DNA of 64,000 nucleotides from Ophelia neglecta (Eukaryota): NCBI GenBank assembly GCA_965285935.1, contig OZ260663.1, positions 15,314,001 to 15,378,000 of the forward strand, read 5' to 3'. Shown piece by piece: positions 37,980 to 49,100 of this stretch (position 1 is its first letter; each line of letters starts with the position of its first letter). The notes under the pieces were generated by a model. It saw only the letters and a program-made list of their open reading frames with translations, ran no database searches and was not told where the DNA came from. The position numbers and the translations under genes were made by a program.

Positions 37980-39322
37980 TGTAACATGTGTGTAATTCCA
38001 TATAAATGTGTATGTATGTGTATAATTGTGAAGCATGTGTTATGAGTCCCTATAAATGTTGATATGATTGTAAAATTGAGAATGTAAGTGTACCAGTGCA
38101 TTATGTAAGGTTTACAGTATTGAAGGTTGTAGTTAGTTGTCCTGAATCAGCTGGGTTCACTGAACCGTGCTACCAAGCCTATGTTAATGCAGGAGGCTAA
38201 AATATATATGCCGGTCAGTACATAGGGGTTATAGGTCAGAGTTCACTCCTTGTATATTGGCTACTGCCTTATAAGGTAGTTGTATTTTATTGATTTTCTT
38301 AGGACCAATTGGAAAGCTTTATTTTTCCTTTGTTTTAAAAGTTTTGGAGGGAAAGTAGGCTTGGTTAGTATTGGCAGTTGGCCTGGAGAATTGGTAGAGA
38401 GAGGACCACTTTGAGATAGGACATTTTGTGTCAGGATTTATAGTTCCAAAATTAGGTTTGTCAAAGAAAATTGTTTCCTTTGTGGTCCTGTGTTATGAAT
38501 ATATATTGTAGTTTTGTCAATCCACGGTTCTGTATATTGAACAGTGAATTTATTATGACTTTTGTACAGGAATAGCTTTTCTATGAATTCCAGAAAGAAG
38601 ATGTAGGTATTAGGCCAATATAAAGGTGCAGTACAGCACTGAAGTGTGTATAGGAATCCCTTGTATATTGCTGGTTCCTCAAAACTGACTAGTGCTTAAT
38701 TGTGAACCTAATTTAAGAGTTTACAGTATTTGATAGATTACTTATCATCCATTATAGTTGTTGATGCCTCCAAGTAAATGTAAGCAGCCTGGCCTTCTGT
38801 CCTGCCGCCTCACCCAGAGCACCTTTACCCAAGGTATAACACTAGTTGCATTAACCCTTTGATGCTCATGCAGCTATCCGTGTTGATGTAGTATATAGCT
38901 ATAATATAGTCAGTATGTGAGCCAATGTATGTTAGTAGATTGTAGTGTGTATGTTAGTGTGTATAAATGATGGTGATCACCTTTAGTGTAAATGGTTAAT
39001 AAGTATGAAAGTTCAATTAGCTTAGTGTCCTTTAATATCGCGTATGACTGAAATATTTAAGCACGGCATAAATGTCATGTGTGAAATCGTATATATATTC
39101 TCGCTATGAAATGAAGTTTATTATGTTATCAAGTGTGAGTGTGACCATAGCTGATTATTGCCTATTTCACTTATTTACAGGTGCTTAGTGATACCTTAGC
39201 GATATCTTAGTGAAAGCTTAGTGATAGCTACGTGTGTGAGGATTTATAATAAAGGAATAAACTTGTACACTTCAACGGGACTTGTGTTTAAACATTAGAA
39301 CTCACAAACCCCCTAGGTTACA
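37980..39322 (+). repeat. 5' LTR
   Basis: TGTAAC...GTTACA; about five mismatches to the 3' LTR by eye; AATAAA near the 3' end. Confidence 0.95.
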
Positions 39323-39323
39323 A

Positions 39324-39341
39324 TGGAGCCTCCAGTGAGAT
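39324..39341 (+). other. Primer-binding site, probably tRNA-Thr type
   Basis: TGGAGCCTCCAGTGAGAT starts one base after the LTR end; resembles the complement of tRNA-Thr(UGU) 3' ends (tRNA identity inferred). Confidence 0.65.
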
Positions 39342-39430
39342 TTTTTTGTTCCTTTTTTTTTTGAAGGATGTCAACTTGATTCAGATGTCTAATTAATCCT
39401 GGACTATTTATTATTTGACCAAAAGTTAGA

Positions 39431-40718
39431 ATGTCTCAACCATTTTCAACGGAAGATCTACAAGCGTTTGGTAGAGCTTTTGCGGCTTTAGGCCTAAGGC
39501 CTAAAGGTGATTCTCCAGATGATATGGCCAAGATAATGATAGACTTTGCAGCTGCACATCAGCCTGAGGTCAAAGTTGAGACTGATGGTCAATCTTCGCC
39601 ACCACCCAGTCAAGACTCTACTGCCCTAGCCAGCTCTGTACTTAACCGCATGACATTGCCACCTAAAATCAGCTTTTTTTTCCGGGGAGATCAGTAAAGA
39701 CACCCCTTATGATCTCTGGCGATATGAAGTCAGTTGCCTGATGCGCAGTCAAACACTCTCAGATGCGGTACTCAATCATCAAGTGCGCAAGTCTCTTAAA
39801 GGTGGACCAGCTAGAGTGGCAATGCGACTTGGTGAGAAAGCAACTACCAAAGAATTACTTGATCGTCTTGACAACTTATATGGAGCAGTTGAGAGTAGTG
39901 AGGAGATATTGTCTGAATTCTACCAAGCCAATCAACGTGAACATGAAAACGTTGTTCAGTGGAGTGGGCGTTTAGAAGACATGCTTTTACAAGCGAAGGA
40001 CAAAGCCTCATTCAGTGAGACTACCCTAGATGAGATGCTTCGATCCAAATTTTAGGCAGGCCTCCGCCCAAATCTGAAGGAAAAATCGAGGTTTAAGTTC
40101 GACGCCATTAAGGACTTCGATGAATTGCGCATCGCTTTGAGGCAACTAGAGACTGAGATGGGGAAGTCTCAACTTACCAAGACGAGTAAAAGTATCATCC
40201 AGGCCCAGACTACTTCTGTGGCTCATTCAACCACACCAGACTCTGAACTAAAGGCGCTGAGGAGCCAAGTCACTAATCTTCAACAGCAGGTGTCCCGCCT
40301 GATGAAGCCCATTTCAGACACCCACCCTAAACAAAATGATGGCCTACACTCGGAGACTACAGTAAACTTCCCGCATGTGAACCTGCCTGACTACCTACCT
40401 TCTCCAGCTAACCCCTACGGTAACGTGCCCATGCCTGGTCCTGTATATGGTAACTTGCCCTTACCTGGTCTTGCCTACAAGAACCCACTTATGCCAAGTG
40501 GTTCGTCCACATATACTGCTGGCTATGGTAATGCACCTTCTCCTGCTGCTATCCAGGGTATTCAGCCTCCTCATCCGGGTGGACCCCATCGACCAAGACA
40601 ACGACCACCCCTTCAATGTTGGCGATGTGGTAACTTTGGCCACACCCAGTACCAGTGTACCGTCATCACCGACCATTTAAACCAGAGAGGGCCTACCTCT
40701 ACCGGGGGACGTCGGTAG
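39431..40718 (+). pseudogene. gag: Gypsy gag (PNMA-like capsid plus CCHC knuckle), frameshifted and with a premature stop
   Basis: PKISFF/SG...PYDLWRYEV, SLKGGPARVAMRLG and EFYQANQ motifs; CWRCGNFGHTQYQC knuckle; extra T in T8 run at 39674-39681; TAG at 40053-40055. Confidence 0.85.
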
Positions 40719-43700
40719 GCCGAAGTCCCGAGAAGGAAGTCCCGAAGCTTGTCGGAGAAACCAATATTACTCCTGTGATTTTTGTATTTAATGAAAAGCT
40801 TGATATAGATGAAGGTAAATATGATTTGTTGAATGTAAATATGTCTGATGATAACGAGAAATCTATGAAATATGATAACCATGTTGAAACTGATTTTATG
40901 AATTTGCATGTGGGTAATTATGAAATTGAAATGAAAGATACCAGTGCCCGTTGCCGCCCTGTTATATCTAATGTTAGTGCCAGTGCTTTACTAGACACTG
41001 GGTCTGGGGTTTCTACAGTAAGTGAATAATTCTTTAGAGACCAATTAGAGCCTAGAGGTGTTAAATTGCAGTCACTAGATACGATACTTGAAGTTGAAAC
41101 GGCCAGTGGTATATTATTAAATTACATCGGTGTGGTTGAGGTTGTGTTGAATGTTTCTGGTATCACAGATAGTCCAGGAAAACCATGTCTTTTGCTTGTC
41201 ACTAGTGAAACTGCTTTCAGTTCTAAAATCCCCGTCAATCTAGGTACCAACTTCCTCAGGGCAGCTCAGACCGACATCCGTGAGAAGTATGGCGTACAGT
41301 TCCTTCAGCGGGCACCACTATCTGACCCATGGTATTTGGCCTTTAGATGCATGTCAATTCAAGAACGCCAGGTAAACCGTACTGGTAGACTCGCCATAGT
41401 TAAGAGTGCAGAGGACCAGTCCATAGTGGTACCTCCCAACAAAACCATCACCATACCAGGCTATACTACTGACAACGTACCACACCAAAAGTGTACTGCT
41501 ATGCTACTACCCACCTCCAAGACGATCCTACCGAAGACTACTGAGATAGTGCCTGGAGTTATAGAGTACTCACCTGGACGTCAGATGCCGGTCCCAGTTC
41601 GTATTGCCAACCATTCGCTTCAAACTTTGGTTATCCCGCCAAGAGCTGTATTATGTGAACTACAACCGGTATCTATACTACCCCCGGTCGACTTACCTGA
41701 TACTTCGAAGGATATTCCCTCTAGCCTTGGAGCTAATGCTGACTTACCTTCGGGTCTGAATTTGAACTTTGATCCTGAGGATGCCGCTTGCTCTGAGGAG
41801 GAGTTTTCGGAACTTAAGGATTTTTTAAAGTTGTGGGCCCACATTTTCTCCCACAGTGATACAGATGTTGGTTGCCACCCAACTGTGGAGATGGACATTA
41901 ACCTGAACAATCAGCAACCTTTTAAGCAGCCATATCGCCGGATACCCCCAGCTTGTTATGATGAGGTTAGAGACCACTTGAACAATTTACTCGGCACTGG
42001 CCTGATTCGTCATTCACGTAGTCCTTGGGCTTCAAATATGGTTATCGCTCGTCGCAAGAATTGCGATTTAAGACTATGCATTGACTATCGGCAACTGAAT
42101 CAGAGGACAGTACAAGACTCGTACGCACTCCCTCGACTAGAAGACATCCTAGATTGTTTGGATGGCGCTAAATTCTTTAGTGTACTTGACATGAAATCAG
42201 GTTATCACCAGATCAATATCAACGAAGAGGACAAACCTTACACCGCTTTCACAGCAGGACCCCTTGGCTTCTTTGAATGGAATCGGATGCCTTTTGGGCT
42301 TACTAACGCACCTGCAACCTACCAAAGAATGATGGAGGACATGCTTGGAGACTTGAATCACAAGATCTGCGTGATCTATTTAGATGATATTATCATCTTT
42401 AGCAGAACCTTTGAGGAACATTTGGCAAATATAGGAAAAGTTTTCCAACGTATTGAAGAGTGTGGATTAAAGTTGTCTCCAAAGAAATGTTCTTTCCTAA
42501 AACGGCGTATCAGATTTTTGGGCCACATCATGACCCCTGACGGCGTTGAAACTGACCCTGACAAAGTAACTAGGATCAAGGAATGGCCGACTCCCAAATC
42601 AGTCAAGGAAGTATCACAGTTTCTGGGCTTCGCTGGTTACTATAGGTCCTTCATCCCAAACTTTGCTACCAAAGCCCGCCCCTTGAATGAGCTAAAAGGA
42701 GGAGAGAGGAGAAAAAAGGGCAGGAAGGTTATTATCAAGCCCAAAGTATGGAAATGGGGCGATGAAGAGGAGAAATCTTTTCAGAGTCTAAAGGATGCCC
42801 TGACATCACCACCAGTACTGGCCTATCCTTCTACTTCCCAGCGATATCACCTGAATATAGACGCGAGCATTGGAGGACTAGGGGCTGTCCTTTACCAGGA
42901 ACACAATGGTGTGCTTAAACCCATTGCATTTGCCAGTCGCGGCCTCAAGAATTCTGAGAAAAACTACCCAGCCTATAAACTAGAGTTTCTGTCTCTGAAA
43001 TGGGCCATCACCGAGAAGTTCAGTCAATTCTTGTGGGGAGCACCGGAATTTACAGTATTCTCAGACAACAACCCGTTGACGTACGTCCTAACTTCAGCCA
43101 AGCTAGATGCAACAGGCCACCGCTGGATCGCAGCTCTTGCCAACTACAAATTTTCTATCAAATACCGACCAGGGTTGAAAAATGTTGATGCCGACACATT
43201 ATCACGTTTACCACACAACATTGAGGAACCCTCTCTGATCAGCGCCGAGTCTGTGGCAACTATCTGCCATAGTCAACAGAATAATCAAGGGAACCTGGTG
43301 GAAACTCTTTGCATGTCAAGTGATGTATTGACAGGTGTAGAAAATGACCAGGTTGCCGAGACACGACACTTAAGGAGAGCTCAGCGAGAGGATCCAGCTC
43401 TAAGTGAAGTCATCCGTCTTGTACAGACCAAGTATCGTGGCCCGATACCATCAGAGTTAGTCAGTTAGTCAGGCCTTTTGTTCGCGAGCAGCCAAGACTC
43501 GTCATGAGACGCGGGGTATTATGCCGAAAGACTGAAGTATCCAAGGAAGACCATTTTCAAGCCGTACTTCCACCCAGCCTGCACAGACAAGTATTGGAGT
43601 CTCTTCATGATGGTATGGGCCACCCAGGACCAGATAGGACTCTACAGTTAATTAGAGAACGATTCTTTTGGCCAGGAATGACTGAATCTGTCAGAAGATG

Positions 43701-45183
43701 GGTCAAGGGTTGTGATCGCTGCTTACGCAGGAAGACTCCAACAACTCAGAGGGCACCATTAGTGAGCATAAAGACAACTCAGCCATTGGAACTTGTGTCA
43801 TTGGATTATTTGTCTCTTGAAAATTCCAAAGGTGGTTTCACAAACGTATTGGTCATCACCGACCATTTCACTCGATACGCTATGGCTATACCCACTAAGA
43901 ATCAAACTGCAAGAACCACAGCTGATGCCCTCCTCCATCATTTTGTCACCTACTTTGGATTTCCAAAAAGACTCCACTCAGACCAGGGAGGATGCTTCGA
44001 AAGCCAAATATTAAGAGAACTCTGTCATATGACTGGCATGGATAAGTCTCGAACCACTCCATACCATCCCTCTGGAAATGGAATGACAGAGAGGATGAAC
44101 AGGACTCTTATGAACATGTTAGGCACTTTACACCCTGAACAAAAGGCAAATTGGAAGGCACATATAGACTGGCTTGTTCACGCTTACAATTGCACTCGCC
44201 ACGAGAGTACGGGATACACTCCATATTTCCTGATGTTTGGGAGGAACCCCCAACTTCCTATTGATGTTTCTCTTGGAATCGGGGAGCCAGGTCACGAGTC
44301 ATATGGTCAGTACGTCACCAATCTAAAGGAAAGAATGGCGGAATCATACAGATTGGCTACTCAGAGTGCAGACAAGGCACGTGGGAAGCAGAAACAGAGC
44401 TATGATAGTAGACTGAGAGGAGCAGTAGTGGAACCAGGAGACAGAGTCTTGGTAAAGAAGCTGGCATTTGAAGGCAGACATAAGCTAGCAGACCACTGGG
44501 AGGAGCCAGTGTACATAGTGTTAGAGCAGCCCAACTCTGACATCCCAGTGTTTAAGGTTCGCCAAGAGGATGACCCAAAAGGCAAAATACGCACTCTTCA
44601 CAGGAACAACTTATTGCCCATAGGCCAAATATTTCAGCAAACTGATCTGATCAATTCAGACCATACAGCTACTCCGAAGAAGGCGCCTCAGCATGTTAAT
44701 GCATGCACCAAACCTTCTCGACACAGAGGGGAGAGGAGTGAAGATGGCGAAGCCAATGACTCAAGCGATGAATCTGACCAAGAGATTGCAGTAGTTCTGA
44801 CAGATCAACCTGTGACCAGTACGATCAGTTACCCACAACCAGAGGAAAACAGCAACCTCCCTGATGCCGATGAAACTAGAGGTGAAGGCAGTAATCTAGA
44901 CACAGACAGTCTCCAGGATGTAAATGAAATGAGCAATGAGGGCGGGATTGTTGGTGATGATATACTGGCCAATAACACTTCTGCAACCCCCGATTTGCAT
45001 GTACCCCAAGTACGCCCCACAAGCCCATCTGCTAGTGGATCAGTACTAAGTACCAGTCCTGAGGTCCCTATTGTTCGTCGTTCTGCTCGAACAAAAAGAG
45101 CACCTGCCCATCTACGTGATGGAACATATGTCGTTAACTTAGCAGTACAGACCGAGCAGCCAGTTGGTACCGTTTGGGTCTAG
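40676..45183 (+). pseudogene. pol: Gypsy pol (protease, RT, RNase H, integrase), disrupted
   Basis: LLDTGS protease; LCIDYR, PFGL and YLDD RT; DAS RNase H; HHCC plus SLDY/HSDQG/ERMNR integrase; in-frame TAA at 41027-41029 and an 8-bp duplication frameshift at 43456-43471. Confidence 0.92.
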
Positions 45184-45329
45184 TCATTCGACATATTCGA
45201 AGTGAATCGTGCTAGTCAAGTCCTAGAGCACACACATTTGCTTATGCATTATATATATTAATAGTATAATTATTTGTTTATCAGGCAATGTCAGATTGCC
45301 TTGTAGAGTCAATGTGACATTTCAGCATT

Positions 45330-45340
45330 GTGGGGTAGGA
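45330..45340 (+). other. Polypurine tract
   Basis: GTGGGGTAGGA directly before the 3' LTR. Confidence 0.7.
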
Positions 45341-46683
45341 TGTAACATGTGTGTAATTCCATATAAATGTGTATGTATGTGTATAATTGTGAAGCATGTG
45401 TTATGAGTCCCTATAAATGTTGATATGATTGTAAAATTGAGAATGTAAGTGTACCAGTGCATTATGTAAGGTTTACAGTATTGAAGGTTGTAGTTAGTTG
45501 TCCTGAATCAGCTGGGTTCACTGAACCGTGCTACCAAGCCTATGTTAATGCAGGAGGCTAAAATATATATGCCGGTCAGTACATAGGGGTTATAGGTCAG
45601 AGTTCACTCCTTGTATATTGGCTACTGCCTTATAAGGTAGTTGTATTTTATTGATTTTCTTAGGACCAATTGGAAAGCTTTATTTTTCCTTTGTTTTAAA
45701 AGTTTTGGAGGGAAAGTAGGCTTGGTTAGTATTGGCAGTTGGCCTGGAGAATTGGTAGAGAGAGGACCACTTTGAGATAGGACATTTTGTGTCAGGATTT
45801 ATAGTTCCAAAATTAGGTTTGTCAAAGAAAATTGTTTCCTTTGTGGTCCTGTGTTATGAATATATATTGTAGTTTTGTCAATCCACGGTTCTGTATATTG
45901 AACAGTGAATTTATTATGACTTTTGTACAGGAATAGCTTTTCTATGAATTCCTGAAAGAAGATGTAGGTATTAGGCCAATATAAAGGTGCAGTACAGCAC
46001 TGAAGTGTGTATAGGAATCCCTTGTATATTGCTGGTTCCTCAAAACTGACTAGTGCTTAATTGTGAACCTAATTTAAGAGTTTACAGTATTTGATAGATT
46101 ACTTATCATTCATTATAGTTGTTGAGACCTCCAAGTAAATGTAAGCAGCCTGGCCTTCTGTCCTGCCGCCTCACCCAGAGCACCTTTACCCAAGGTATAA
46201 CACTAGTTGCATTAACCCTTTGATGCTCATGCAGCTATCCGTGTTGATGTAGTATATAGCTATAATATAGTCAGTATGTGAGCCAATGTATGTTAGTAGA
46301 TTGTAGTGTGTATGTTAGTGTGTATAAATGATGGTGATCACCTTTAGTGTAAATGGTTAATAAGTATGAAAGTTCAATTAGCTTAGTGTCCTTTAATATC
46401 GCGTATGACTGAAATATTTAAGCACGGCATAAATGTCATGTGTGAAATCGTATATATATTCTCGCTATGAAATGAAGTTTATTATGTTATCAAGTGTGAG
46501 TGTGACCATAGCTGATTATTGCCTATTTCACTTATTTACAGGTGCTTAGTGATACCTTAGCGATATCTTAGTGAAAGCTTAGTGATAGCTACGTGTTTGA
46601 GGATTTATAATAAAGGAATAAACTTGTACACTTCAACGGGACTTGTGTTTAAACATTAGAACTCACAAACCCCCTAGGTTACA
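45341..46683 (+). repeat. 3' LTR
   Basis: Near-identical to 37980-39322. Confidence 0.95.
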
Positions 46684-48292
46684 TCATTATAGGACGGTTT
46701 AAACGCTGTCAAGTCGAGGTTCGTAAAGGTTAGACAAACATTTATTAAAAGGACTGGGTGATATTGAGGGCAGGTACAATCGCAGTAAACTTGTCCACAG
46801 GGGTTCCTAACCCGTACCAAGTAAGAACCCGAGACATAAGGCCGTGAGGATCGGAATGATCCTGGCAGTTTAGAACACACACCCAGCCCTCTCTCTCAAC
46901 ATTTCTATATCAACAAGACGAACTCGGAAATGAATTACATTATCAAAGATTTGCAATTTAAATAAAACCTACCTTGAGTCGAATAATGTCGATGACTTAC
47001 CACCTGCTCAGTATGCAACCGATTGCAATAGTACAGCAGCCAGGACTGATAAGTTGACTTGTAATTCTAAACTTATATTGGTATTATTGCGCAGTGCAGC
47101 AATTGCTGGATTATGTACCATGTGTAAAAGACAAAATTAATGACTGGTAATTAAGCCAATTGGTATGCACATCATACGTCCAGGTTCTCCTGCAGCAAGT
47201 GTATTTTGGAAATATTAACATAACCAGGCATGACTTTTCAGTTAAGTCGATATCCAGGGACTGTGGCATCTGCTCAATATCTGGTGTCTATCATTTTATG
47301 AATTTTAATGTGAATTCGAGTGTTAAAGTTTATAATGTCGTAATGACCTTTCATTGTGTTGAGAGTTTTAACCTAAGGCTTTGTCCAGACTGTGGCTCGC
47401 TGAGAAAGATGTTCACTCTGTTACCTCCTGGGTGAGCAGGTCCGTCGGGCAGACCTGATCACACGGCCGCACCGACCGGGAGCTCATCACAGCGCATCTC
47501 CCTCTAGGCAGTTCTGTCAGACTAACGGCTTTGTCTCGGGCTCGAGTCGCTCCCAGCCTGAACGGCTCATACAGTCGAGGGGCCCGGCCTCGCTTACGCT
47601 ACCACCCAAGCCAACAACACTCTGAACAGTCGCCTTCTGGAGTTTGCTTTCGTTCAACTGCTGGAGATTTTTATGTAGGTATGTCCAGGACTAGGTAAAG
47701 ACTGGCGGGAAAAGAAGATTCTCCCACAGGAAAACACGGACCCAATGGCACTCATCCTCACCCAGCTCGGCGAAGGCAAGAAGAGGCGCTTAAGTACGAC
47801 AACAACCTATCCACACGTATGCAGGGATATGACGAAACTAATCATGAGACAAGTAAAGACATAACTAGCCATGCCACTAAGCACTCTGCCCCTATCCCCG
47901 CTAGAAACCTGCCACAGCCTAAGAACTCGCCCCACGCAATGGCCCATCGATTCCTGTTCGGCGAGGGACTCCTGTCGTACTGTCCTAAAACCAACAGGAC
48001 GCAACTACCTACACACAGAGGTCCATTGCAGACGCAAGACAGGAGATTCAGAAACGCGCAAGGGTGGGGGGTGGGGGGTGGGGGGAGGGGAGTCCAAAAG
48101 AACTAACTAGTATGGACTCCCCACAATATCTATCAATTCCACGCCAACCGACCCACCTTGACACCAAACTCCCAATAGAGAACTGCTCTTCCCGTCCCTC
48201 TACCTCCCACACGACGTGCGGTAGTCCCATAACAAGATGTACGTAAAGCTGGCTGCAAGTTGCCAATTCATTTTTATTCACTAAATGTGAAT

Positions 48293-49100
48293 CTGGCTGC
48301 CAGTTGCCAGTTGCTAGTTGGCAATTCAACTGTTTAAGCAAAAAAATGAAACTACAATAGAAAAAAAGGTGTACATGAAACAAATTAACAAACTTCTCTA
48401 ATGTATTTATGTATTCATCGAGGTGAAGCATTGTTTCATTTTAGTAGAAACCTGTATAGGGAGCTGACATTTAGAACTGGCAGCTGGGTCTGCCACGATT
48501 CGCTTCAGCGTATAATCATCATATAATCACACAACACACACTTAAAATCACTTTTCCTATCAATTGGAAACATTTTTTATCAGAATACTACTTCGACCTA
48601 TGTTAAACAGCCGAAAGAGTGAAACACAGGAATTATGGTTTTAAACACATAAAATTATGTTTATTTCATTTGAAAACAGGGCCAACATCATCTTGAAGTC
48701 TTCATTGAAGAATCCGAAGCATTTCAACGCACAACATTACATGGTTATAGCGGAAACTAGCGGAAACCCGAATTGGCAGCTGAGAAATTGAACTGGCAGC
48801 TGGGACTGCCACGACTCGCTTAAGCATATAATCGTCATATAATCAAACAAAACAGTCTTAAAGTCACTTTTCCTATCAAATGGTAACGCTTTTTATCAGT
48901 ATACTACTTCAAGCTATTTCAAACAGCCGAAAGAGTGAAACACAGAAAGTATGGTTTTACACACATAAAACTATATTTATTTGATTAGAAAACAGCCCCA
49001 ACATCATCTTTAAGTCTTCATTCAAGAATCTGAAGCATTTTAACGCACAACATTACTTGGTTATAGCGGAAACTAGCGGAAACCTGAATTGGCAGCTAGC
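48293..49100. mobile_element. TIR-bounded element with an internal ~310-bp tandem repeat (second copy ~62567-63194)
   Basis: Left CTGGCTGCCAGTT(GCCAGTT) and right AATTGGCAGCTAG / AACTGGCAGCTGG are inverted; two internal tandem units at ~48475-48785 and ~48790-49097. Confidence 0.55.

Larger units (their letters stand above)
37980..46683 (+). mobile_element. Full-length Ty3/Gypsy LTR retrotransposon (ORFs disrupted)
   Basis: Two 1343-bp LTRs with TGTAAC...GTTACA ends; TCAT TSD (37976-37979, 46684-46687); PBS; PPT; gag, then PR-RT-RH-IN domain order. Confidence 0.97.
28070..49100. repeat. Tandem duplication unit A (~12.3 kb plus the 8.7-kb Gypsy insertion)
   Basis: Collinear high-identity match to 49101-63194 across exons, introns and intergenic DNA. 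Confidence 0.9.

Noticed and set aside
37980-38724. Internal ...GTTTACA suggesting a compound or nested LTR
   Set aside because: No TSD, PBS or internal duplication supports a second LTR boundary.
47430-48246. GC-richer block with several short ORFs (also 61680-62520)
   Set aside because: No recognisable domain and ORF ends differ between units; probably a decayed TE, but I cannot classify it.
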